Shown here one piece after another: positions 50,867 to 64,000 of a stretch of 64,000 bases of DNA. A program made the translations under genes and the position numbers. The DNA is from Takakia lepidozioides (taxonomy: Eukaryota; Plantae; Bryophyta): contig CM060731.1 of NCBI GenBank assembly GCA_030704615.1, positions 992,001-1,056,000 on the forward strand, read 5' to 3'. Below the pieces are notes generated by a model, which did no database searches, had not been told where the DNA came from, and saw only the letters and a list, made by a program, of their open reading frames with translations. The stretch's first letter is position 1. The number at the start of each line of letters is the position of its first letter.

Positions 50867-53800
50867 ACTCGTGTGAAATTGGTCGAATGGTGAAGGGCCT
50901 ATTACCACGGTTCAGCACCTACTCCCGCAGAAATATGCCACCGCAAAAACCCCAAACCCTAACCCTTATCATCCTTATCACCCTACCTCAACCCTAACAC
51001 TCAACCTTTATCATCCAGCGCACCGACATCATGATGATCGACCGACATCATCCATCATCCACTGCACAGACACCATCTTGCGCACCTTTAACATCCATAG
51101 CACCTTTATCATCGTGTGCCATTTGTTGTTTATACTGCATGTTTTTCGGAGAAGAGACCCCAATAGCAGAAATGCCTTCAATCAGTGGTGGGTCCTCTAT
51201 CATCATGTGGAGGAGGAAGTGTGTGGAGTGTGGTTGCAAGAGAGCTACTTATATAGGCCAACCATGTGCACTTGCGCTTCTACAAAGGCATCGAGGAATG
51301 GAGTTTCACGGACTGGGGCCTCTCGAGTGGTGCTGGTAGAAGTTCCCTGGAATGGAGCAGATAAACGGCATGCAACCAGCGGAGTTTTGCGAATCGGACA
51401 ATAGAGAAGGGTTATACTTTGCCGTTTGGTTGTTGCGGACATTCCTTTCACGTCGATGAATCATGCATTTTGGTCTCTTCCTGTACACACAGGGTTTAGA
51501 GCAAAATGCATGATTCATCAACAGGAAAGCAGTGAGTTTTGAAACTACTGTTTGACCACAGTAGTATACTGCTGGTGAGGGCTATACCAGTATGCTATGG
51601 GATGTGAAGTTAGGGACAGGTTCTTCAAACCTGGTCCTCTTCGGGATTCTTGGACTGACAGTTGCTTTTTTTTTCCTCTTATTGAAGGTGGGTTTTTCAT
51701 CTCACATGAAGCTCCGGATCCAACCTTCAACCTGCACAACACCATGACAATACCGTGTGTTCATTAACCTCATCCATCCAAACTCATCCCTAAATTCATC
51801 CCTCTAAATTCATCCATGGATAACAAACATGCCATGGAGCATGCAGTATGGGGCCTCGCATGGAGCATGGGGGAGGGCTCATAGAGCATGGTAGGGCCCG
51901 CATGCATGGTGATGAGTATGGCGAGCAAGGGGCATGGCGAGGGAAATGGCATGGGCCCGGAGGCTGGACAAGGCCTCCCTTGAGGCTAATCCTCGATTAC
52001 AAATAATGCTGCTCGTTCAACCAGTTCCGCTCAAGAAGTTATTACTGGTTTTTAGGGCATTCCGGGCAGGTTCAAAAAAATTGACGACGACGATGACGTG
52101 GTGACGATGACATAGCTACGATGACATGACTACGATGACGTTGTGATGATGACGTGGCACTATGACACCCTTTCCTGCTCTACGCTAAAACTAGTCTCCG
52201 ACCTTCAGTCATTGCTAGAATTATACGCTCTGTCGACAACGGTGAGTTTTATGCTCGAAATTATTTCTATACTTACTTGGGTTTGCTCGAATCTATATCC
52301 ATAGCCATGGAACGTCGAAATCGAGTAGACCCAAGTGCGTCGTAGAAGTAATTTGGAGCAGAAAAATCACGTCAAATTAACACAGTATATAACCTGTGCC
52401 ACATAGAATCCCTGTATAAATAAATAAATAAATATAGTTGTAGACCCTTACACCCTCCTCTTCATTGCAGCACCGTTGGATTGCAGTCTCTGGAACCCTC
52501 CCCTTGCATAGATTTGGCCCTCTCTCTTGCACTTTCTCTTGGCTATGCCTCTCTCCTCACCCCTCTCCTGCTAACTCTCTTATGCTGATTGGCGCCAACC
52601 AATGCCTCCAGCTCCCCCACCCTCATGCCATGTAGCGTCACTTCCTACGCGACCCATTTCAGGTCGCGCTGTCTGGAGGACCATCCTAACTTTTGCAGAT
52701 GAACTTTTTTTACATTCATTCCTTCTGAGCATTTATAGCGCATGAGGTGGCCCACCCACTCCAATTTATTGCATGCCATTTGGAGCATGCATGCGACCTC
52801 TAGAGTTTTCTAAAGGGACGGGGTCAAAAATTTATTGGGTGGAGGGAAGTTGACTAGAAACATGGCCCCCTTCATTGGGCCATTGAAGCATACGAGGCTA
52901 GTGATGCCAAAACTGTTTGATGCTACTCGACCTATTTGAATTTCGGTTTTCACCAATAGATCCTCTTGAAAGTTTTCCTGATGCTTATGGGCATTGTAAG
53001 ACAACCCCTCACCAGAGGGATTTGTGTAATTGTGGTTTTTGGGATGACATGATTTGGAGGAAAGCTTTAGGCTTGAATGTGCTTTCTAGGGATGGACATG
53101 TCAACCCTCACCAAAACACATACAAAGCAGCATATGCAGTAAAATATTGGTTTGATGTGAAATTTGGCATGCACTTTGCAATTGTAGTATACACTATGAA
53201 AATTTGGGGTAGCCCTTTTTGAAAATTCAAAAAGCCCCTCAACATGCTTGGTCAAAGCAAATAAAGGTTTTTTTCAAACAAAAAAAAAAAAAAAACTTTC
53301 CCAGAAAAATAATATAATCTCTCAAACTCAACGGTGAAAATTCCTAAAATTTGGGGAGATGGTGTAAAGGCCAGGTAGGTATGTGGTGTATGGTCAATTT
53401 TTGTGGATGAATGCTGATAGGTGGTTAGCCTCCCGTTAGTTCGAAGGGGTAGTAATTTTTCGGAGTGAAAAAATTCACCTTGTAGGAAGTTAAGGGTTAA
53501 TTTTTGAAGGACTTGGGGTACCTATTTGCGTCTCTGTTTCAAATTCAACACGTCATATGGTTACGGAGTGATTTTTTTAGAGCGTACATGTACCCAATGG
53601 GCTAGTCTAATCTCAGTTCTGGAGAAATTCTGTGATTGGCAAAAGACCCAAGAGGCATATCCATAAATGGTACGGTGCCACGTCGAGAGGCGCCCCACCG
53701 GGATGCTCGATTTCTTGTGTGTTCGGTTAGGCGAAGGTGAAAACTGTCTTTCTTGTTCTAAGGGGTACGCAGTTGCTCGTTGTTTTGGGTCGAATCACTT

Positions 53801-54337
53801 GATAGATGGACCGGTGTTGAATCATAGTTGCGTCCATTCAATTTGACGGTTTGTGTGCCTGACGACGGACTGTTTTCCTTTCTAACGTCAGATCATTGAT
53901 CGCAGTGAGTTTACATTGATCTTAAGCTGCGTGCACTCTCTAGTTTTTTCCCATCTGCTTTGTAAAGTATGGTTACGAGAAATGTTAATTTTGTCTGCTT
54001 GACATTAAGCCTAAAATTACGAGCCAGAGAGCTCCCCTTACAGCTCTGTGGATGTGATCGTCTCTCTTGAGCTTCTGAGAGATATCAGAACAGGGCATCA
54101 AAGGGTTGACTCAATTCGTGAGCCTTCAGATGGGTGTTTGGGAGGGCTCAAGAATTCTCTAACTCATTCGCTATGGCAACGGACAGGCATATTGGAGAGT
54201 TATGCAAGAGGTCAACTCAATGTGCATGCTCAGGACTTTCAAACACGTGCTGACACAGTCCGATTCGAAACAGATCGACTGTTATATTATATGCCACAAG
54301 AATTGAAGACCCCCTTGGAATTCCAAGGGTTGCGGTT

Positions 54338-57300
54338 ATGGTGGCTGTCAATTTGGGTGTTGCACATTACTGGCTCGATCACCTGTATGGGGTATTCATG
54401 CATAGAATGCGGTTGTCTCCGCCCTTTTTCTCCGGGGGCTGGGGTGGCACCAAGCTAGAGCTCCTGGAGCAGCTGACAAAGCAGCTCATTTCGCAGGGGC
54501 TGGCCCAGGTGTCCATGCAGCATTGGCCGCCTCCGGTCATCCGCCCCATTTGGAAGACCGTCTGGGAGTCCAAAAGCGCTCTGCTACAAGAGGGCATCTT
54601 CGTTACTCCCTGTGACGAATTGCTCCGGGAGTCTCTGCCTTTTGAGAGCCACACAGCACGTGTGCGATTGCTTAGCCCCCGCTCCGTTCCCCCGCACCAA
54701 ACTGCCTGTGTGGTCCATTTGGCTGGTACGTATTCCGCGGATCTATGCTGCGTCAGTGATGGTAACAATTTTCCAGAATATGGATCTAAGTATTAAATGT
54801 GACGACAAGTTGAAGGCTAGAGGCTTTAGTTGGACATCACCAACAGTTCATGTCTCTATTGTCCCTCTGTAGCATTCTACGAATGGTAGAAAACTTTCAA
54901 GACGTTGCATTCAAGTTGCTTTCACAGTATGTTGGGTCACACCGTGACTGAAATGGAAGGTGTTAAGGTAGAGGTCTGAATGGCAATGGCAGTAAGGGGT
55001 TTCCATTCAGTCCTCATTATTAATCATATTATTTTTTCAGGTTCTACAAGTATTGTTAGGAGGGACCCTAGCTTGGCGGAAAATGAGCTTAAAAATTCAA
55101 TCAGGAAGAGGCTATCCTGGCCAAACTTTGTACTCAAAACTGCACAAATAGTCTTTCTTCTTTCAGGCAGAAGTTGGTCTTGCCAAAGACTTTACATGTA
55201 TAACTGACTCCAAGAAACATGGGAGCATCACTCGACTACCCGTTGGTTGAGAATGTGGGATTGGGTGGCGATTAGTATGGTAAGGTTGCGCGGTGAGACC
55301 ATTGCTGCAATGCGGGCCCAGTGTAGGGCTTCTATGGTGGCTTGTCCCGGGGGGGGGGGGGGGGGGGGTTGCAAGGCCTCTGTGCTCCTATCGGAAATGC
55401 TGGACGGGTCCTAGGGAGCCAAACACACAGTCCCTTGGGAATGGGCTTGAGTAGCTGTACATTGTCAATGGACAGGTGAGGGGGCTAGAGTGAGTCAGTT
55501 CGAAGTTATCTATGATGAGGTGCAGTAACATGGGGGGGAGAGTGAGGTCATGTTTGCGTGTGGTATGAGCTGATTTTGGGGACATTAAGTATGGTCTATC
55601 GCCTTCAAGAAATGGTCATGGTTGATGAAAAGCTTTTGCTGGTTGAGTGCAGGCACAGGTGACCATGGCTTTGATCGCCGACTGCGATTGGGAGGGCCTT
55701 TGTTAAAAGACAACATTGCGACTTTGGTGTTGGAAAGGTGAGTAATCTAGATGCACTTTCATTGTGTTTGTGAGGAAACATTGTCTTTAGCTGTATATGA
55801 GAGAGAAATGAAATTGTACTGTATAATGTCCGCAGAAAGCTCAAAGAGCTGATGGGACAAGAGAAAGGCCACCCATGTCACAAACTAGAAACAAGTTCAG
55901 GGAAGTTCTATCCGTAACTTAATTTTGTTCGGACATTGTTCCTGCTTCCAACATGGCTCTAGACTGACATGGCCCTAGACACTTCAGCCTTCATCTAACA
56001 GGGTCAGTTCTTCCTGCCTAATATTTGGGTGCTTGAAAATCTCCTCTACCCTTTTCCACCAGGACTTAGCCTGTTTAACAGGATGGTCTTGCTTTTAAGA
56101 AAAAGAGTAGATACTAACCCTGAAAAGCCACGTTAGCTGTTCTAGAGCATGCTGACATGCTCTCTTTTAGCACCAAAAGCTGAATGGATTCTATGTTTTA
56201 GCATGGTTGGAGTTGCCAATCCACAGCAGAATTATGCAGTTCTTAGAACTACATCGACCCTGTGGGTTCTTCACCCATAGTTGTCATATTTTCTAATATC
56301 TTTTACTGTGACGGAGGGGATGAACAGTGAACTGTTGAGGGGTAGGCCTAATAACATTGCGAAGCATGGTCCTTTTTACTTCCTATTAATCCCTCTGCAG
56401 TGGAAAAATTGGGTGAGACACTTTGTCATGTCATGTCAAATACTACCTCTAACTCAACATGACTGTTCTGTATTGCCTCCAAAAGTAACGCTTGGCAAGA
56501 ATCGGATGATGTTCTGCTTCTTGCTGTTTTTAGTCATTTCTCGTAAGTGAAATAGAGAACTTATGAATTAAAGATCTCTTTGATTGGAGGCCACCCATAT
56601 CTAAGCTGGAGCTTTGACAGAGCACTTAATACCCACAATTGCAGTATGGTGTCCCTGGGTCAATTCAAGCAGATGCATACATCACTGATTTCAGAAGGTA
56701 AAGAGAATAATTCCACCATTCTTTGATGAAAGATGCGTTTGCAGTCATTTTGGGGCTTAGCTGTCTTCTCCGAATCGACCAGTAAGTGATTACATGATCA
56801 GATGATGATTGAACTTTCTGGAAAGCCATAAACTTTTCCTATCATGGACTAATTTCTGCAGCACATTTTTGCTTCCGAGTTCACTTTTCTTAATCCTATT
56901 GTACAAGTGCTTATCTCCTTTCCAGTTTCACATGTAGGAGCCTCGGAAGGAATGATCCTTCTCTAATTTCCCCACTTTCCGTCCTTGTATATCAGTTGGC
57001 TCTTTAAACGTTCATCTGGAGCTTTGATCCCAGATCGGACAAAGATGATAACGTGAGATCAATTTTGTAATTTGTGTCTAAAGTGGTGGGTGCAGTCCTT
57101 ACTATGGGAGCCGGCGGCCCCAGTTGCAAAGAGGTGCAAGGTTGCTGTGTGTGAGTGATTTGTTGCTGCTTGGAAGGGCAACTATTGAAGAGGCACGTAC
57201 GCTATTATATTGGATGGAGAATGAAGCAGGATATAACAAACTTGGGGTTTGTGGGCTTAGCATGGGTATGTTTTCTTATCTCTCTCTTGAGTTTACATCA

Positions 57301-60300
57301 ATATGTGAGCAGGACACAGAGACTGATAGTAGCTGCAGATTCATCCGTCTCTGTCCCTGCTTGTCTTCTTCCCCACTAAGGACTCGTATGGTGGCTTCAC
57401 CGACCCTTAACCCAAATCCCTCACTTTCCACATCCTCAACTGGATTGATGAAAACATTGAAGAGCAGAGGGGAGAGGGTACATCCTTGGGCTACACCTTG
57501 GTCTATATCAAAGAAGTTAGCAAGAGAGAGAGAGAGAGAGAAAGTTGTTCAATCTGGCAAGCGCAAAGCGTTGGGTCTCACTAAATTTTTCCACTGCAGA
57601 GGGACCAACAACCATGCTTTGCCGCGTTATTAGGCCTACCTTGGAGTACGCATCTGCAGTGTGGGTTGATAGCTCCAGCCAGGCTAAGTCTCTAGAATCC
57701 ATTCAAGTGGGGGTGCTCAAGGAGTGCATGTCAGCATGCTCAAAACAGCTAATGTGGCTGCTCGGGGTGAGTTTGGCATTCCTCCCTTAAGCTCCTGACA
57801 AGATGAATTCAAGGTCAGATGGTGGAGTCAGCTGCAACGTATGACTAATATCAGATATCCTAAGTGAATCTTCGACTCTATATCTTGGAAGTAGGATCGC
57901 CCTGTCAAACAGGCTAAGTCCTGGCGGAAGAGGGTAGAAGAGATTTAAGGATCTGAATCTAACTCTGCAAGTCTTGACCCTGCTGGATAAATCTGACTTA
58001 GAGGCTGTAGTGTCCACAGCCATGTCTGTGGCCAGGAAATTGTCTGATGAAAATGAAGTTAGGCAGAAACTTCCCTGAACTTGTTTCCAGTCAGTGACAT
58101 GGGTGATGGATGACCTCAAGGGTTTACCCACCCTCAGCACTGGACTGAATCTAAACTCAGGGCGGGAAGCCTACCTTTGAACTGCAAACAGACGCAGAGA
58201 GGTAAGGGGGATTGCAAATGCCTGTTGTGTGGGCAACCTGAAGACAATATCCACTTTCTGATTCATTGTCCTGGGTACTCTCACCAGAGAGACATCCTCT
58301 TCAAATCCATCAATGGAATTGTTCCTGTACCTCTGTTTACCAACTTTGAAAATTGCGAGGCTGAGCCAAAAGCCCATGCCCTTTTGGGTCTAGTTATTGG
58401 GCAAATCACACACATCAGATTGAGGATTTCTGGAGGATATCTGGAAGACTCGGATCAATTGTCTAGTCAAGTCATACTACCAGCGTCAGCCCCTGACAAA
58501 GGTAGTTTCTGTCCCTTTGTGTTCCGCTCAAACTGGGCGTTGGGTCAATGGCCACACGGCTATGGCAAACAACATCTCATGAGTACATTCTCGGAGGTTT
58601 AAACATGTTGCCTGCAAATTATGAAAATTCACATGATAGTGCTTTGAATACTGTCCGTACTCCCCAGGTGATTCCTGGAATCTGGTCACTTATGCCAAAT
58701 CTAGAGCTTCGTGTGTAGTTTTTGGGGTGAATCCCAGGATGGACGATGTGTCCTTCAAAATGCTTGCACAAATTTAGGCTTGGATCATGTGGCTGAGGGC
58801 ACCATCTCAAGACTTGGTATCAGAAAAGTGTGGGATTCTTTGTCTGTGATTTCTTGTGTGATAATTGTGAGATTATCAGCAAGGAACTTCGGTATGAACA
58901 TAGTATCCGGCTGATATTGAATTGAAGGGTGGTGTGAGGGCTAAGGACCTCTTTGTGGGTTCTGTCTACATGCCTACCGAGGGAACCCTTAGTGTTGACG
59001 CAGATAAAGCCTTCGAAGACATCAAGCTGGACTGTGGTCTTGTTAAGTGACTTTGATAAGGCCCAGGTGGTCAAGGGTCTAAAACAAGATGATATCATAG
59101 GTCTTTTTGGTGAGGATGAGCAGAATTTTAAGGGCAAAAGACTTATCAATTCAATGGTTGAACTCGAGCTTCTGACCTTGAACAATAGGTTCATAGAAGA
59201 CCCTTTGCAGTGGACTTGTGAAAAACCAAACTGGGGAACAGTCCATTGTGGATTATCTTGTAGTGGATAAGGAGTTGAGTTGTTCCTCCAGTGTGCCAAA
59301 GGGCAGTTGATAGAACTGATATTGGTTCTTCTGGCTACCTTTTTGTATGGACTGAGATCAAAAGGTGTATTCTTAACATGAAGAAATATGTGAAACGTAG
59401 CATAAGGTTGTATCCTCTCCCCACTGCTCTTCAATGTTATCATTAATCAGCTTCTTCAAGATGTGGAAAGTGGGGGGTTTGGGCTAAAGGTGGATCATGC
59501 CATCTTCGCAGGCCTAGTGGATACCCCATCCAATCTCCAGGAACTGATTGATTGTGGGAAGAGGTTCTTTGACCTCTGGAGGCTAGAAGCTAATGTTAGT
59601 AACTGCGCAGTGGTGGTATTCAACGACCATGGGGAGGGAGGAGGGGATCTGAAATGGAAATGGGGCGACGAAGAGATTCCTGTACTCCCTTCCTACACTT
59701 ATCTTGGTGTTGAGTTTTCCTCTAACTGTAACTGGGATATGCATATACAAAAAGTGATTCGATCAGCTAAACCCAAAGCTTTGGGTCTCACTAAATTTTT
59801 CCACTGCAGAGGGTCTAACCCTGAAGTAAGAAGGACCATGCTTTTTATTTTATAAGGCGGCCTTGGAGTACGCATCTGCTGTGTGGGTTGACATCTCCAA
59901 CCATGCTAAATCCCTAGAATTCATTCAGGCCGCGGTGCTCAAAGAAAGCATGTCGGCTTGTTCTAGAACAGCTAATGTGGCTGTTTGGGGTGAGTTTGGC
60001 ATACCTCCGTTACAATCTCGACATGATGAATTCAAAGTCAGATGGTGGGGTCAGTTGAATCGCATGCCTAATACCAGATACCCTAAGATAATCGAATCTA
60101 TTTCTTGGAAGCAAGACCGTCCAGGCCAAGTCATTGGGAAAAAGGTAGATAAAATTTTCAAGTATCTGAATGTCAGTCCTGATGAATTGACCCTACTGGA
60201 TGAAGCTGACGTGGAGGGGGTTGTGTCCAAAGCCTTGTCTGATGCTCAAAGACTGTCCAGTGAAATTGAAGTTAGGCATAAAATTTCCCTGAACTTGTTT

Positions 60301-63034
60301 CCAGTCTGTGACATGGGCAAGGACCTTAAGGATGATCTCAAGGGCCTACCTACCCTTGGCACTAGACTGAAATTTAAACTTGGGCGGGGAGCCTACCTTT
60401 GAACAATAAACAGATGCAGAGAGGAAGAGGAGATTGTAATTGCCTGATGTGTGGGCAACCTGAAGACAATATCCATTTTCTGATACATTGTCCGGGATAT
60501 TCTCACCAGAGTGACCCTCTTCAGGACAATCTAGAACATTCTCTCGGCACCTCTGTGCACCAACTTTCAATATCTTGAGGCTGAGCCTAAAGCCCTGGGC
60601 CCTGTTGGGGTCTTACTTTTGGGCTGCTCACACACAGCAGATATCTGGAAAACCCGAACTAATTGTTTGTGTCAAGGTAAGTCAGACTACCGGAGTGGAC
60701 CCCTCACAAAGATAGTTTCTGGTCCCTTTTATTCCTCCCAAACTGGACGCCGGGTCTATGGCCACAATCAGGTCGCAGTGCTCAAAGAAAGCATATCGTC
60801 TACAGGACAGCCAATGTGGCTGTTCGGGGCAAGTTTGGCGTACCTCCCTTAAGCGCGTGACGAGATGAATGTGGAAACAAGACTGTCCTGTTAAGCAGGC
60901 CAAGTCTTCGCAGAAAAGGGTGTAAGAGATTTTCAAGTACCTGAATATTAGTCCAGAAGATTTGACCCTACTGGGTGTAGGTGACTGGAGGGGGTTGTGT
61001 CCAAAGCCATGTCTGATGCCCAAAGACTGTCCGATGAAAATGAAGTTAGGCATAAAACTTCCCTTGTTTCCAGTCTGTGACATGGGCAAGGACCTTAAGG
61101 CTGATCTGAAGGGCCTACCTACCCTCGGCACTAGACTGAAATTTAAACTCAGGGCAAGGAGCCTATCTTTGAACAGTAAACTGATGCAGAGAGGAAAAGG
61201 AGATTGGAATTGCCCGATGTGCAAGCAACCTGAAGACAATATCCACTGATACATTGTCGTTTGTGTTCTCACCAGAGAGTGACCCTCTTCAGGAACATCA
61301 AGAACATGGTTCCTGCACCTCTGTTCATCAACTTTCAAATTCTCGAGGCTGAGCCTAAAGCCCTGGCCCTGTTGGGATCTAACTTTTTGGCTGCTCACAC
61401 AGCGGATTGATACTTGTGTGAAGGGCTTTCTTGAGGATATCTGGAAAGCCCGAACTAATTGTTTATATCAAGGTAAGTCACGCTACTGGAGTGGGCACCT
61501 CACAAAGGTAGTGTCTATTCCCTATGTTTCCATCCAAACTGGGTGCAGGTTCTATGGCCAGAAATCTATGGCAAACAAAGTCTTACTCTGTTAACCAACT
61601 TTGAAAGTCTCGAGGCTGAGCCAAAAGCCCAGGCCCTTCTGGGGCTTAGTTACTGGGCAAACCACACACAGCAGATTGATGCATGTGTGAAGGGATTTCT
61701 AGAGGATTTCTGGAAAACCCGGATCAATGCTTTATACCAAGGTAAGTCTTACTACCAACGTCAGCCCCTTACAGAGGTAGGTTCTGTCCCTTTGTGTTCC
61801 GCTCAAACTGGGCGCGGGGCCAATGGCCACAAGGCTACGGCAAACGTCTTATGAGTACATTCTCTCTGTCTCTGCCTGTGGGGGGAGAGTGAGCACCATT
61901 TACTCAACCACTGCATAGTGTCTTTTGTCCTTGTATATTTCTAGTGTGAAAGATCACATGAGAGGTGCTTTGAAGTCCTAAGAACATGAAAGTATTGCTA
62001 AACAGTGTCTGATATGCTGCTCAGTGTTGAAACAATGTTTTCAAGTACGTTGCGGTATTCTCCTGGAGAGAAGATGTTACTCTTGGAACAGTCCTTAAAA
62101 GAGAAGAGATGCATCAGATGATCAAAGATCTTGCTCAATGTGAGGCAGACCTGACACTTATGGGGGATGTTTCCAGGGGGAGTGCATGCAGCCATGGTGG
62201 GCTCATTGCATCCAACGCCCTTGGCAATTCTGCCATTCCTAACACCACATTCAGCAGCAGTTGCATTCTGCGAGGGGATATTGCAATACGGAACTGCCTG
62301 GGAGGTGCTTATGCATGATGAGCTGCAGAGCGGAGCTATGACTCGTGAACAAGTAGTTGAGCGACTTCGCACAGTCTTGTCTCTCACTGATGTCACCCGC
62401 TTCCCTGCCCCCAAAGACCCCAACACTGTCATCTTTGTGGCGGCCACAGTAAGGCTTCTTATACTCACATGGGTGGACTTATACATGCCTTGCTGCAATT
62501 AAGGATTCTTTCATTCTTACTTGAGTCAACAGGGGTTCCCCATTAGCAATGAACCTGGATGTTCTGAGGTCATGGTGAAGACCTTTAAGAAACTAAATGT
62601 GGATCTGACATGCCATTTGACTCATCTTGTTCTACTCAGCAAACTCTCTGATTCTGATGGGTTGGGGCACAGATGAGTCTCTTGCTGCAAAGAAAGGAAA
62701 TCTTGGTTTCTGAGACAAATATTATCACCTAATTTTTAAAATCTGATTCCTGTAAGCCAAATTAAGTTTGGAAAGAGTTCGACATATCATATTTAAGGGT
62801 TGTGGATTTATGAAGCTAGGTTCTAAAACTTGTAAATTAATTTCAAGTTTTTCTTGAATGCAGGATGATGGCTATGTACCGGACCATTCAGCGCTGAAAC
62901 TGCAGCGTGCATGGCCAGGGTCGGAGGTCCGGTGGGTCCGAGGTGGCCATGTCTCCTCATATTTGCTTCACAATGATGAATTTCAAAGGGCTATAAGGGA
63001 CGGACTTGCACGATTGAGTGACAAAAGTGTATAA
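54338..63034 (+). CDS. ABHD18: Alpha/beta hydrolase domain protein 18 (C4orf29/DUF2048 family), 361 aa, intact
   Basis: Exons 54338-54725, 55653-55737, 57096-57265, 62177-62448 and 62864-63034; all GT-AG and phase-consistent, total 1086 nt. Motifs PPFFSGGWGG, VHLAGTGDH, ESPYYG, nucleophile GLSMGG, DDGYV and GGHV. Confidence 0.95.
57385..57515 (-). mobile_element. Short antisense LINE RT fragment
   Basis: DIDQGVAQGCTLSPLLFNVFIN, homologous to 59395-59500 on the + strand and abutting a (GA)n tract. Confidence 0.8.
57541..61875 (+). mobile_element. Four head-to-tail decayed LINE fragments in ABHD18 intron 3 (about 57541-58591, 58870-60770, 60770-61580 and 61580-61875)
   Basis: APE remnants (FVGSVYMP, NFKGKRLI...LTLNNR), RT (GCILSPLLFN, YTYLGV), LEYASAVW, ANVAVWGEFG and CCHC (CLLCGQPEDNIHFLIHCP). 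Two copies end ATGAGTACATTCTC. Confidence 0.9.
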
Positions 63035-63676
63035 GTGGTTCTTTGCAAATTTCTGGAACCCCTAATGGTGTTAAGATCAGTTGCAGTTGTTGCATCCACC
63101 CATGATAAATTAGTTTCTTTCATGATTGAATCCTTTCAATATCTTTCTGTAACTTCCCGAGCTATTCTAGCTAAAAATCAGAGAGGAGATGGTAGAGGCT
63201 TGATAGGAAATGAATAGAGAACTTGGGACTGCCTTGTAGGGAGGTTTCGAGCTCATGACTAGTCAGGAAATTCATGATGCAGCCCTGATCAAAAGATGCT
63301 ACTCACTCAGCTCAAAGAGCACAATGACAATTTCAAAGTTACGTTTGGGAAAGGAGGGTTACAATGCTGATGTTATGGCCAGTCTCAGAATTAGCTATGA
63401 TGAATAAATTGCAAATGCTATTATTGGGAATATCGCATTGATGGGTTGAACTTCTGTTGCTGCCTTTGGAGACTGCTATATTTAGTGACAAACCAAAGAT
63501 TTGGCAGCTTGTAGTTGTACTTCTTTGTTAAGGAAATTGTCAAGATTTCCAATTGGGTGGGCTTCCTGTGTTGGTATACCGTTGGTGGAAAGCCAAAAGG
63601 GTGCAGGGTGTGGGCAGTGGGTTTTACTGTGGATCGGTGAAAATGCTAGTGTTTTAGTAAGTATGTTTCACTGCGG

Positions 63677-63808
63677 TGTATATATATATATATATATGCA
63701 TATATATTGGTTTTGATTGGTTTAGGTTTTGATTTGGTTTATATTGATTTATATATATAATCAGTGTTTAGGATTATATATATATATATATATATATTGG
63801 TTTTGATT
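63677..63808. repeat. (TA)n microsatellites with duplicated ATATATATTGGTTTTGATT flank
   Basis: Directly visible. Confidence 0.9.
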
Positions 63809-64000
63809 CGCTGCACTGCATTGAAAATACATTACGAAGAAAACACATAATACTGCAACGCAGGTACCAAAAACATTTGGATGGCTCAAAACAGTTTTTT
63901 TTATAATAAATTTTAATAATAATGAAAGGGGAGAGTGGCAGTGCTGCTGCTAATTTCCAGCTTCCGTGCCTGTCATCTTCATGCACTTGATATGCAAGAG

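Noticed and set aside
50961-53500. piggyBac-like element ending AAGGG-TTAA at 53500
   Set aside because: The only candidate left end lies in telomere-like repeats, matches 11/13 and lacks a TTAA TSD.
54048-54458. Overlapping upstream ORF of ABHD18
   Set aside because: GTG start, no recognisable motif, and the transcript start is unknown.

Overview
Eukaryotic nuclear DNA, most likely from a non-seed land plant. This is inferred from GT-AG introns and plant-type ABHD18, TCP11, RAD5 and RPL27 sequences; the species cannot be determined. About 53 kb is a nest of decayed transposons: three Mutator-like (MULE) DDE+SWIM transposase copies carrying arrays of ~16-bp palindromic motifs, a CACTA Tnp2 element with a complete 3.5-kb non-autonomous CACTA nested in its end, several Ty3/Gypsy fragments (one with a long extra ORF after pol), and host-gene fragments (RPL27 twice, one RAD5 exon, a TCP11 block). 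The only clearly intact host gene is a five-exon ABHD18 (54338-63034, 361 aa), whose third intron is filled with LINE fragments. The most unusual item is a spliced, now disabled gene at 38593-41841. It joins a ParB/Srx-like DGNHR motif to a beta-class N4C/N6A DNA amino-methyltransferase fold and lies convergent with a coiled-coil/RING pseudogene, possibly as cargo of an undescribed large transposon. All family assignments come from motif recognition by eye; no database searches were run.
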